The position numbers and the translations under genes are program-made. 64,000 bases of DNA, taken from positions 16,651-80,650 of the IMG/VR virus record IMGVR_UViG_2706795958_000001. One strand, written 5' to 3'. This DNA comes from a virus. Taxonomy: Duplodnaviria > Caudoviricetes. The notes under the pieces are model-generated. The model was not told the origin of the DNA, did no database searches, and saw nothing but the letters and a program-made list of their open reading frames with translations. The stretch's first letter is position 1; each line of letters starts with the position of its first letter. This document shows, piece by piece, positions 20,345 through 29,450 of the stretch.

Positions 20345-21722
20345 TCTTCGCACTGTAATGATTGACCTCGATAAGCCTGTTGATGAGAGATTGCCTCAGG
20401 GTCTTAAAGATGCTATTGATGCTGATGGAACATTTCTTAATGGAAATCAGGCTAGCAATCTATTTGCTCCAATTTCCATTAGGGACGAACTTTCTGCACC
20501 GGTTGCAAGATTTGGACGACAGAATTTAAAGGTTGTTACAAACTTTGAGGCTGGACATGGATTTACTATTCAGTCCGCTGGTGGTGGCACGTCCAATTTG
20601 AATGACACTAGTGACTTTGCGTTTGGAACACAGAGCATTCGGGTAACAACTGCCGGTGCTGGCGCATCTGTAATTGTACAAAAAACCGGATTAACACCTA
20701 TTCCTGTTGGAAGAATGTATCGCATTTGGGTTAAGGTTGACACTCCTGACACATTGGCGCGAATTAGGGTTCTTCTTTCTGATGCATCTGGATTTACCAA
20801 TTACTATACCCTAGAATCGGTATTTTCATCGTCTGGCATCCCAGAGGTTCAGAGACCATTCAAGGCTGGTGAATGGGTTCCTATTGCTTTGCCTTGGGCT
20901 ACCGCTGTTCCGACAGGGACTCCGCCCAATAGGTCTTCTCTGACATTCATGAGAATTCTTGTTAATGATCGCGGTACTGGTGCTGCAACCGTCCGTCTTG
21001 GGCGCATTGATACAATGAGCGATCCAGTTGAATTGTACCCTAATGGCGTGGTTACTCTTACATATGATGACAGTTTTGCAAGTCATTACAATGTAGCAAG
21101 ACCTCATCTAGATAAGTACGGATATCCTGGCGTTCTATTTCCGATCGTTAATCGCATTGATACTCCTGGATATCTTACTTCCCAACAGGTTGATAATCTG
21201 GCGTTTAAGTCATTGTGGGAAATTGGCGCTCACGCAAGTACATACGAAAAGCATGTGCAATCATTGCCGGGGATGACGCCACAAGAAAGAATTGCCGAAC
21301 TTAGCTATCTTAGGTCATGGAATCAGAGTAGGGGGTACGCAACCTCATCGTTTGCATATCCCAACGGAACGGTTGACCCAGCGTCTGAAATAGAACTGAG
21401 AAAGTTCTACGGAATAGGCAGACTTGCGCTTGGTAGGTTGTCTGGTGGTGGTGCAGATGAAATGCAGAATCCATCTTTGCCTACTAGACTTTATGGTCAA
21501 AATTGTGGCAATCTCTCATTGGCTCAAATTCAGGGAGAGATTGATAGAGCAAAGGCCAATAAGGCTTGGCTCATTCTTGTATTCCATGATCTACCTGAAA
21601 CCAAGGTAAGCGCAAATGATTTCACTTCTGCTAACCACATGTCTGTAGTTGACTACCTTGCATCTAGCAATGTCGATGTGGCAACTATGGACCAGGTTAG
21701 GCTAAAAGGATTGGCTTCATAA
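20337..21722 (+). CDS. Polysaccharide deacetylase (CE4/NodB homology) with N-terminal carbohydrate-binding-like domain
   Basis: TLTYDD, WEIGAH...H, SFAYPNG, LILVFHD motifs of the NodB family. Confidence 0.85.
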   Translation: MVNLRTVMIDLDKPVDERLPQGLKDAIDADGTFLNGNQASNLFAPISIRDELSAPVARFGRQNLKVVTNFEAGHGFTIQSAGGGTSNLNDTSDFAFGTQSIRVTTAGAGASVIVQKTGLTPIPVGRMYRIWVKVDTPDTLARIRVLLSDASGFTNYYTLESVFSSSGIPEVQRPFKAGEWVPIALPWATAVPTGTPPNRSSLTFMRILVNDRGTGAATVRLGRIDTMSDPVELYPNGVVTLTYDDSFASHYNVARPHLDKYGYPGVLFPIVNRIDTPGYLTSQQVDNLAFKSLWEIGAHASTYEKHVQSLPGMTPQERIAELSYLRSWNQSRGYATSSFAYPNGTVDPASEIELRKFYGIGRLALGRLSGGGADEMQNPSLPTRLYGQNCGNLSLAQIQGEIDRAKANKAWLILVFHDLPETKVSANDFTSANHMSVVDYLASSNVDVATMDQVRLKGLAS

Positions 21723-22076
21723 ATGGCTGATTACGAAGAAGACCCACCGGGTAGTGGACTCTATCGCCTAGTTTCTTCTGGCGGTAGTTCAGGTGGTTCT
21801 GGCAGTTATACTCCTGGTACCGGAATGAAGATCAGAGTTCGTCGCGGACTAGCTAGCGAATGGAATGAGAAGAATCCAATCCTAGCTTTCGGTGAGCCAG
21901 GATACGATGTCACTAATAACGTCTTTAAAATGGGCGACGGCATCCATAACTGGCAGGACTTGCCTCTGCTAAATTACCTAGGTGGTGGATTCACAAAGCT
22001 TACTCAGGCAGAATGGGACGCATTGCCACCCGAAGATCGAGATGAAAATCTCATGTACGTTATAGTGCAAGGATAG
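21723..22076 (+). CDS. Tail fibre-associated protein with Mtd_N/hyaluronidase-N-like domain
   Basis: KIRVRRG.ASEW..KNPILA.GEPG......FKMGDG...W.DLP; C-terminal LTQAEWDAL...D...MYVI. Confidence 0.75.
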   Translation: MADYEEDPPGSGLYRLVSSGGSSGGSGSYTPGTGMKIRVRRGLASEWNEKNPILAFGEPGYDVTNNVFKMGDGIHNWQDLPLLNYLGGGFTKLTQAEWDALPPEDRDENLMYVIVQG

Positions 22077-22085
22077 GATATTACA

Positions 22086-22523
22086 ATGGCTGTTACCGCC
22101 TACGCATATGGTCAGTTTGCCAAGAGTCTTATTAACAAAGAGATTGATCTGGATACAGACACTCTGAAACTGATGCTCTGCACTTCGGCATACACTCCGA
22201 ATAAGGATACCCATCAGTATAAGTCCAGCGTCACTAATGAAGTTGTGGGTACCGGATACACTGCCGGTGGCGCAACGCTTACCGGCGTGTCGGTTACTTA
22301 CGACACTGCTACCGATACTATTATCTTTGATGCCAATGATGTGTCGTGGCTTAACTCGACTATTACGGCTCGATGGGCAGTGCTTTACGATGCATCTCCG
22401 GCCACCGATGCAACGCGTCCACTGATTGCGCTCGTTGACCTGGATGGAGATAAGATTAGCTCCAATGCTGAGTTTAAGGTAACCTGGAATACTAGCGGAA
22501 TTCTCGGCTTCCAGGCTGCATAA
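22086..22523 (+). CDS. Virion structural protein (conserved 145-aa tail accessory family)
   Basis: IDLDTDTLKLML.TS.YTP, GTGYTAGG.TL, TITAR.AVLY motifs. Confidence 0.7.
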   Translation: MAVTAYAYGQFAKSLINKEIDLDTDTLKLMLCTSAYTPNKDTHQYKSSVTNEVVGTGYTAGGATLTGVSVTYDTATDTIIFDANDVSWLNSTITARWAVLYDASPATDATRPLIALVDLDGDKISSNAEFKVTWNTSGILGFQAA

Positions 22524-24170
22524 ATGGAGCTACGTACCGGTGACGGTGAGCGACCGGGAAGGATATTCTTACCCGGTAGCGAAGAGGCTATAGCTATATA
22601 TGCTGGCAATGAGCTAGTGTGGGCTAAATACCGGACCTCGAATGTAGTTGTACCGAGGTCCGGTATTGTCGTGCGCGCATACATGCCTTCTATTTACACC
22701 CAGTCTTCTGCGCTCATTTCGGTACCGTAAGCTCCATTAAAAATTATCGCTTATGCACCTACTGTTAGCGGTGATCTTGCATATAATGTAACGGTACCTA
22801 GGTCTTCTCTTATTGTGCGTGCATATACGCCTACAATTAGAGCGGATCGGGCGGTCGATACAGCTGCGCCGCGCGCTGGTCTAATTGTTAGTGCTTTCAA
22901 TCCCACTGTTCTTGACGCTATTGCTGTTAACGTGGCTGTACCATTTAGCCTAGTAAATATTGCTGCGCGAGTTCCTAGCATTGATACTAAGCGTGCAGTT
23001 GATATTCAGCCTCCGCGTGCAAACGTTATCCTGACTGCATCTACGCCTACAATTAGCGCTGACCGCAAGGTTAACGTTGATCCAATTAGGGCTTCAATTG
23101 TGGTGCGTGCTTATGCGCCGACGATTGAGATTAATGACCGGGTCAATATCGACGCCCCGCGCTCGAACGTGGTCATCACCGCGTACCCGCCGACCGTGGT
23201 CGCTCAGCGCGCCGTGGACGTTGCCGTGCCGCGTGCTAATGTATCCATCTTTGCTCAGGCACCAGCCGTTATAGGGGGGATTGGTGCATTTATTGACGCA
23301 CCAAGGGCTGCATTGAATATTGTGGCTTATCCGCCTACGGTTACGATTGTATCCCTTGTTAAACAGCAGATTAACAAGGTGGGCAGGTTCTCGTTTTCTA
23401 ATAGTGCGGCAATCCCCGTTACAGGATGGGCATCTGATGCCACTAATCCGGCCGTTCTCGTATCGGATAGTATTCTTGATGTTGTCGGCAACGGTGTTGG
23501 TACCGTTAAGGCATTTGTCCGAATGGGTAGAAACTCTACATCAGGAGTTCCCACTGCCCGACTGGTCATTAACGGCGTTACTGTTGATAGCGTTGACGTT
23601 AACCCTAGCTCCGCTCAATTCGGTAATACTGACCCATTACGGGGTAGACCATGCCTTTTGCAATGGACGGGAACACTTAACGCCGGTGACGATATTCGGC
23701 TAGATGGTATTCGTACAGTTTCCACCACTGGATACGTTAATGATGGTTCTACTATAACCGTAGAGCCGGGTAATACCGTTAAGACTATCCAGCGTATGTA
23801 TAAGAATACATCAGCATTCTCGTGCCCAAACAGCCGTTCATTGGTTACGGGCTGGACACTGGATGCAAAGTATTCGGGTGGAAGTATAGTAAGCGATAGG
23901 CTAAACACTACTTTGACCGGTGTTGGTACCGCTCGTGCATATGTCGTCGGTACTAGTAATAACTCACCGGCTGAGGTTTGGTTAGTCATGGATGGCGTAG
24001 ACATAGGAATGATTACAATCCCTGGGAGTGATCAGACTGGATATTGGATTGAGGTTCCCAATGTCACATTTACTGGCGCTAACGTACTCAGTATAGAAAC
24101 ACGACGCACAAACTCGGCTTCAACAAGATCGTTGGAAAATGATTCTATTGTTGTGGAAGCTTTGGTTTAG
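22524..24170 (+). CDS. Repeat-rich tail fibre-like protein (548 codons) interrupted by an in-frame TAA at 22728-22730
   Basis: ORFs 22524..22730 and 22815..24170 share a frame; the intervening sequence is open and continues the ~23-aa PR..(L/V).(I/V).AY.PT repeat. Confidence 0.65.
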
Positions 24171-24178
24171 GAGATATT

Positions 24179-24901
24179 ATGTCTGTTACATTACTTAAGG
24201 CTCGCGGTATTGGTGAACCTCTGAAAAATAACATGCTCACCGGCCTGGGTAATAGACTGCCAAAGGAAATTAAGCAAGAGGAAATTAATTACCCGGCATC
24301 ATACGGTGCAGTACCTAAGCCTGGCATGAGTTTTCTTGCTTCACTGGATATCTGCGCTAAGCTCACATTAGAGCGCATACAGAAAGCGCCCAAGGGCGAA
24401 TTCTTCGTGCTGGCTGGATTCTCGGCGGGAGCAGAAGCCATGGGCAATTTTATCGCCGCTGCCGATGCTGAAATCCTGCGCCGGATTCTAGGCATATATC
24501 TTGTTGCTGATCCGTCCATGCCACGATATGCGCTCAATACGCGCAAGTATGGTATCCGTGGAGAGCGTTATTTACCTCGTGGCGTAAAAGCTAAGTGGTC
24601 TGCCGATCCTAAGGATTGCATTCCTCTGTGTTCTCCTAAGCCTTCACCTCTGCGAGATATTGCAGATCGTAGCCCAAATATGGGAATAGGCTCCCGCCTT
24701 GATTGGCTGGGAGCCTATTCCCGGATTAATAATCGTGCTGTGCAGGGTGGCTTCGGTGTTCCTGATTTTAATGCTGCAATTCAGGAGGCTCTAGGATACC
24801 TCGTTCGCGGTGATCATACCGGCTACAATGTTCGTAGAGAGCCTAACGGTAAAGTGTACCTGCACAATGGGGCGGATTGGATTCAGTCTCTCGTCAAGTA
24901 A
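24179..24901 (+). CDS. lysB: Lysin B (cutinase-like serine esterase)
   Basis: VLAGFSAGA nucleophile elbow, LVADP, D.I, GDH.GY. Confidence 0.8.
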   Translation: MSVTLLKARGIGEPLKNNMLTGLGNRLPKEIKQEEINYPASYGAVPKPGMSFLASLDICAKLTLERIQKAPKGEFFVLAGFSAGAEAMGNFIAAADAEILRRILGIYLVADPSMPRYALNTRKYGIRGERYLPRGVKAKWSADPKDCIPLCSPKPSPLRDIADRSPNMGIGSRLDWLGAYSRINNRAVQGGFGVPDFNAAIQEALGYLVRGDHTGYNVRREPNGKVYLHNGADWIQSLVK

Positions 24902-25016
24902 ACCTTGGCGCTTGTGTTTGATTCAAGCAGTAACTTAAGCTCTGCGTATTCATCGACAGTGAGACCTATTTCTACACACCCATTGCCTTCTATGCTTACT
25001 TCACACATTGGCATGT

Positions 25017-25343
25017 CTAAAACCCCGCTGGTTCAATGACCGGTCGATTTAGCTTCTTGGTAAAAGGTGTAATAATATTCAATGCCCACAGTGGTGTAAA
25101 TATATGATTACCGGAAAATCCGGTAATCCCACCAATCATTGAGTCGCTTATTGGATCATACATTCTCCAACACCCACCCTGATACGATCCATAAGGACTG
25201 GTATTGTCAGTTTTAATAAAATAGGAATATGAACCCCTACTATCAGTATTATATACTACAGTGCCTATTGGTAACATATCCATGGAGTTTGATTCCAGGT
25301 CACCGCTGGTAATAATTCTTTCTCCTAATCCGTGCATATTCAT
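25017..25343 (-). CDS. Hypothetical protein
   Basis: TAATG coupling to the exonuclease gene. Confidence 0.6.
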   Translation of the reverse strand: MNMHGLGERIITSGDLESNSMDMLPIGTVVYNTDSRGSYSYFIKTDNTSPYGSYQGGCWRMYDPISDSMIGGITGFSGNHIFTPLWALNIITPFTKKLNRPVIEPAGF

Positions 25344-26572
25344 TATCGTGCCTCCGTAATTGCGCTAGCTGGGGTGACATTCACCGATAGTGCTCCGAAT
25401 TGCTTTTCAATAAGCGCCTTGACTCGCCGCTCTTGCGCCTCGTCAAGCTCACCGTTTTTAATAAGGCGATCCAGATCAGTCACATTAATTTTACCCTCGC
25501 GTGCCATCTTATCGGGACCGATAATCTTGGCTACGAGTTCCTGATCTAGAATCTTTCGAGTACCCTTAGAGGAAATTGTGATGGTATTTCCATACTCATC
25601 TTTCCACTCTAGAATGTCCTGTTTCTTAGCGTGCTCTAGAAGCTGAGCATCTAATTCCTTGGTAAGCTGAGCTAGTGCTTTTGCCTTGTTATCAATCTCA
25701 TTACGTAGACGTGCAATTTCACCGATATCTAGATCGGTAACAACACCAGTGCCGCCAAGATTGGTGCTCTTTTCAAGCTCAGGACACGTCGCCTTAATGG
25801 GGCAGAATCGGCAACCGGGGCCAATTTTATACTCAGCCTTTTCACGGTCGGTATCTAGAATCTTCTGTACAGTCTCACGCAAATACCGCCACGCAATCTT
25901 GCAATCTTCACGCGTGAACATAATTGCAAGAGATTGGTCATGGCGCAGAAGATCAATCTCAACCCAAATATCAGTTGGATTCCAGTCCTGATACTCGATC
26001 ATTGCTGCAACTGCGTAGATATGCATCTGAATTTTCTTACGCAAATCTTCATGAGTCCAGCGTAGGCGAACGCTCTTGTAGTCCACGACGCGGATTGACG
26101 TAGAGCCATCTTCATTAATCTCTGCCTGCACACGGTCAAAGATGTATGTGAGATCAATATCGGTGTCAACTCCACCAATAAAGATATCGTGGAATTTCTT
26201 TTCCTCTACCGCAAGAATCTGAACATCGGGATTGTTCACAACGGTATTAGCCATGCGCTTATGCCATTGCTTAATAAGCTTAGCGGATTCCTTGTAGCTA
26301 TCCTGATCCACAAGAGCGGTACCGAATGCTAGCTTGTATCCGTCTTCCAGGTGCTTTAGCAGACGTTTAACGTCCGACCACTGGTGGGTTTTGTCGATCA
26401 AGCATTCCTGTACGTGCATCTGGCACGCATGGTGCATGGCGGTACCTTCATTGGCCGCATCGGCACTACCGCTACCGGGGATATAGTCTACATACTTAAC
26501 CGCGAACTGCTGAGGACATTCCTCATAGGTCTGCAAGCTAGATGCAGATACCCGGTTATTCGCTGGTCTCAC
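25343..26572 (-). CDS. Cas4/RecB-family PD-(D/E)xK exonuclease with predicted 4Fe-4S cluster; start probably GTG 26572
   Basis: SASSL.TY.ECP, GT.MH, IDR...VVDYKS, Q..IYA, C-terminal CRFCP....C. Confidence 0.88.
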   Translation of the reverse strand: MRPANNRVSASSLQTYEECPQQFAVKYVDYIPGSGSADAANEGTAMHHACQMHVQECLIDKTHQWSDVKRLLKHLEDGYKLAFGTALVDQDSYKESAKLIKQWHKRMANTVVNNPDVQILAVEEKKFHDIFIGGVDTDIDLTYIFDRVQAEINEDGSTSIRVVDYKSVRLRWTHEDLRKKIQMHIYAVAAMIEYQDWNPTDIWVEIDLLRHDQSLAIMFTREDCKIAWRYLRETVQKILDTDREKAEYKIGPGCRFCPIKATCPELEKSTNLGGTGVVTDLDIGEIARLRNEIDNKAKALAQLTKELDAQLLEHAKKQDILEWKDEYGNTITISSKGTRKILDQELVAKIIGPDKMAREGKINVTDLDRLIKNGELDEAQERRVKALIEKQFGALSVNVTPASAITEAR

Positions 26573-26717
26573 GGAGCTTACCCGCTTTCTTATCCCAGAA
26601 GGTGTAGTGGTATGCGCACAGCCAAACCTTACTGCCGGTAATCGCGCGTACGCGGTGCATCTCACTGGCCGGATGCCACATAGTACACACGTTGCATTCT
26701 GCTACTGCTTTATTCAC
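26556..26717 (-). CDS. Small zinc-finger-like protein (53 aa), not in ORF track
   Basis: GTG start overlapping the upstream stop; CNVC...CAYH. Confidence 0.45.
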   Translation of the reverse strand: MNKAVAECNVCTMWHPASEMHRVRAITGSKVWLCAYHYTFWDKKAGKLRETSE

Positions 26718-26959
26718 AGGCTACTCCAAAACTTATACCAAGGGTCACCATTGACCAATGATTCGATAACACCGCATTCTGCATCTGGGTGCTTTTCCTT
26801 GTACTTAGCTATAGCGGCAAGACAATACGCTTCGCCACCGGATGCAATCATCTTTTGCTTTGGTTCATCAAAGACAATATGCTCTTTAGTTTCATTGCCA
26901 AAGGTGTCGTACTCAACCTTGGTGAATTCTTTCTTGAGAACGTAGGCTACATGTTTCAT
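26714..26959 (-). CDS. Hypothetical protein
   Basis: Coupled ORF in operon. Confidence 0.6.
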   Translation of the reverse strand: MKHVAYVLKKEFTKVEYDTFGNETKEHIVFDEPKQKMIASGGEAYCLAAIAKYKEKHPDAECGVIESLVNGDPWYKFWSSL

Positions 26960-27240
26960 CGTTTTTTAACCTCTCCTGCCCATATGCCATGATTTGAGCC
27001 AGTTGCTATCGAGTACTCTTTACATTCAGCAATGACTGGACACCTATTGCACATTTCCTTGGCTCTGCGAACTTTATCATGCTGGCCCTTAGATACGAAA
27101 AACGGATCATCGCTACCAGGTGTTACGCTGTCCCTGCATTCGGCTCGTAATTTCCAGCTTTCGTCTGCCTCATAGAAATTGGCAACTAATTCTGTTCGTC
27201 CAGTTTCTCTTCCCTCCCCGCATTTACATCGTCCTCCCAC
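26956..27240 (-). CDS. whiB: WhiB-family transcription factor (start uncertain)
   Basis: W..RAEC, PFF, AK.MC.RCPV..EC, GIWAG. Confidence 0.88.
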   Translation of the reverse strand: MGGRCKCGEGRETGRTELVANFYEADESWKLRAECRDSVTPGSDDPFFVSKGQHDKVRRAKEMCNRCPVIAECKEYSIATGSNHGIWAGEVKKR

Positions 27241-27476
27241 ACGTCCTGTAGGGAATTCTCTAGCTGGGAGGGGGATACCAGAGGGATAGAAGATTCCTCG
27301 ATATTCGTTGACTGACCCACCCTTGATAATGGGGTCTTCTCGGGCGGCGATTCGTTTACATATCCCAGTGCAAACGAGTCTTTTGGGTCAGGCTCCACCG
27401 CCTTGGGGCGAAAATCCATAACGGTTTCGTCAGGTTCATTACCACCAGTAAAAGTTACAGGCTGAATATTTTTCAT
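27186..27476 (-). CDS. Hypothetical protein
   Basis: ATGA overlap; DFRPKAVEP. Confidence 0.55.
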   Translation of the reverse strand: MKNIQPVTFTGGNEPDETVMDFRPKAVEPDPKDSFALGYVNESPPEKTPLSRVGQSTNIEESSIPLVSPSQLENSLQDVWEDDVNAGREEKLDEQN

Positions 27477-27661
27477 AGTGTTTTCATCCCAGTTGAGTAT
27501 GCTACAATTTCATATGCTTGGTGATCGGTAAACCCGGCGCGCAGAAACGAGTCCTTCATTTCGCGCGCCGGGGGTACCGCATCAATGAGCCGATGATAAG
27601 GATCTATGGTAAAGAAATCCCCTAGATACTCTTTCAACTTCTCAATGAGTTCTTCGGACAT
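27473..27661 (-). CDS. Small AGFT-motif protein
   Basis: FLRAGFTDHQAYEIVA. Confidence 0.6.
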   Translation of the reverse strand: MSEELIEKLKEYLGDFFTIDPYHRLIDAVPPAREMKDSFLRAGFTDHQAYEIVAYSTGMKTL

Positions 27662-27663
27662 TG

Positions 27664-27840
27664 TTACTCTTCGCCAGAATTCTTAATCATCTGTGCAACA
27701 AGTTTAATGGCCTGATTCTCAGTGAATCCAGCATCAATATAGGAGTCAAAAATTTCCTTCATTGCATTCATGCCCTCTTGCATAGGCGTAACATGCGGTA
27801 CAATGGAAGAGATATCGTCCTTCTTGTTTTCGTCGCTCAT
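27664..27840 (-). CDS. Small AGFT-motif protein (58 aa), paralog of 27473..27661; not in ORF track
   Basis: MSDENKK...YIDAGFTENQAIKLVAQMIK; ATGA overlap. Confidence 0.6.
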   Translation of the reverse strand: MSDENKKDDISSIVPHVTPMQEGMNAMKEIFDSYIDAGFTENQAIKLVAQMIKNSGEE

Positions 27841-28082
27841 TGCTTAAACCTAACCTGGTAGGGAATTCTACGCTCGTGAACGTATTTAATAGTTTTTTCT
27901 ACAAGCTCTAAGTCGGTTAGTACATTTATGGTTAGATCACTGCCATCATGAGATGTAACATAAATTGAATGTCCCGAATCTTTGTCACTTCCGATTGCAA
28001 AAGCAATGCTTCTGATTTTCTCCCATTTTAGACGATGTTCCCATGAGCTTGTAAGGATTACAAGTTCAGGTTCATTAGCCAT
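27837..28082 (-). CDS. Hypothetical protein
   Basis: Coupled ORF. Confidence 0.55.
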   Translation of the reverse strand: MANEPELVILTSSWEHRLKWEKIRSIAFAIGSDKDSGHSIYVTSHDGSDLTINVLTDLELVEKTIKYVHERRIPYQVRFKQ

Positions 28083-28504
28083 TAGATTACCTTTCCGCCG
28101 TGTCGGTACCCGCGTGTCGGGTTAAATCGTAGCTTAGCGAGCACTCCGTCCGCAACAGGAATCTTGCGATGCTTGGCTGCGTCTCCGATTCTAATAAAAA
28201 CATCAGCGAATTCAGACGGAATACCCTCAGGCTTATTCTTTTCGCCGCTTGTATATTGCTCGTCGTAGCCTTTACCGTTTCGGTATTCTTCGAGAGCTTC
28301 GGAGAGTTCTGAGTGCATCAGTGCAATTTCCTCACCAAACCCCCTATCCTGGGCGTTGTCGTACCACCCCAGAGAGAAAGCCTGCCGCCCTGACGCCTCA
28401 CACAGCACCGCGATGCCCTGCAACAGCACCGCTTCGCCAGCGGGAGTGAGCGTGCCCTGGTCGTCCATAAACTGCTCGAAACCGGGGGTATTGTTTTCAG
28501 CCAT
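28082..28504 (-). CDS. MazG-like nucleoside triphosphate pyrophosphohydrolase
   Basis: IALMHSELSEALEEYR...SEFADVFIRI.D, K.RFN.TR..RHGGK. Confidence 0.82.
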   Translation of the reverse strand: MAENNTPGFEQFMDDQGTLTPAGEAVLLQGIAVLCEASGRQAFSLGWYDNAQDRGFGEEIALMHSELSEALEEYRNGKGYDEQYTSGEKNKPEGIPSEFADVFIRIGDAAKHRKIPVADGVLAKLRFNPTRGYRHGGKVI

Positions 28505-28693
28505 TTATTTGCTCTCTTTCTTGTAAAATCGAATACCGCTTGTTGAGGCATAAAACAAAATTACTGCCATAATTGAGACAAAAACAGCAGTTTCTTTATC
28601 CATATCACTTTCTATGACATTACTAATGATGAGTATAGTGGCAACTAAACACGCACTTACATATAGAACATCATGGACATCCTTTTTATTCAC
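28505..28693 (-). CDS. Small 2-TM membrane protein
   Basis: Two hydrophobic helices; GTG start overlapping the upstream stop. Confidence 0.55.
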   Translation of the reverse strand: MNKKDVHDVLYVSACLVATILIISNVIESDMDKETAVFVSIMAVILFYASTSGIRFYKKESK

Positions 28694-29079
28694 TGCCCAT
28701 TCTCCACCTCTGCGCAAATGTAGTACACAAGAAAGTCAATCAATTCCTGTGCGCCATCTTCGTAATGATCACGGCCATTGCCTGTTGTAAGTGGCGTGCC
28801 GTACTTCTTAAGACCAAATTCCTTACGCTTAAGGATTTCCTCTTTGATGTCCTGTCCGCGAGACTTATACAGCGAATCCAGGTACACAAGCGCAAGGTCT
28901 TTAATCCCAAAATCCAAGAGCTTAAAGTCCACTGGCGGTGCCATAATTCCCTTGGAATCGAAGTACTCAATCAGCAAATCATGAGCACTAGGATTGCCCG
29001 TCTTCATCGGCGGTGGCTGGACGTTAATGCCCATAGATGCAGCAAGCTTATCGTGTTCTGGATTTACGGTATCGCTCAT
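28690..29079 (-). CDS. Hypothetical protein, possibly all-alpha NTP-pyrophosphatase-like
   Basis: R..FG.KKYGT.L...NGRD...D..QELID..VY motif common in phages; fold call is tentative. Confidence 0.5.
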   Translation of the reverse strand: MSDTVNPEHDKLAASMGINVQPPPMKTGNPSAHDLLIEYFDSKGIMAPPVDFKLLDFGIKDLALVYLDSLYKSRGQDIKEEILKRKEFGLKKYGTPLTTGNGRDHYEDGAQELIDFLVYYICAEVENGQ

Positions 29080-29447
29080 GATGCTTCTTTCTCTGTTTCT
29101 AGTAACGGTCTTTGCTGAGCTAATTCTTCTAGCTTAGCCCAACGACGCTTTTTTACTGCGTCTCGGTACTGATAGTTTTTGTCAGTCAAATGTGAATGAT
29201 CGTAGTAATCGTGGAGAGTTATGATTTCTCCACCCCATACTCCGACCATCATCTCCGTGGAGGTGCCTTGTTCGTTGTAATTCTCCCTAGCTTTTAATGC
29301 GGATCGAGCGCAATACCCAATTACCGGGCAACTAGATTTGCAAATAAATGTAAGCCATTTATCTTTCCTACTAAAATCTAGATCATCGACTCCGCGACAG
29401 GGTGCAAATAATCTCCAAGACTCTTCTTCTGGCTCTAGATCATACAT
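29076..29447 (-). CDS. Second WhiB-like protein
   Basis: SWR..APC, IC.SSCPV..YC, GVWGGE. Confidence 0.75.
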   Translation of the reverse strand: MYDLEPEEESWRLFAPCRGVDDLDFSRKDKWLTFICKSSCPVIGYCARSALKARENYNEQGTSTEMMVGVWGGEIITLHDYYDHSHLTDKNYQYRDAVKKRRWAKLEELAQQRPLLETEKEAS

Positions 29448-29450
29448 AAT

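Noticed and set aside
21723-22076. Diversity-generating retroelement suggested by the Mtd_N-like domain
   Set aside because: No reverse transcriptase and no TR/VR repeat pair with adenine-specific mismatches seen
22728-22730. Genome-wide TAA reassignment
   Set aside because: Many clear genes end in TAA with coupled downstream starts (e.g. 501, 1218, 18488, 21722)
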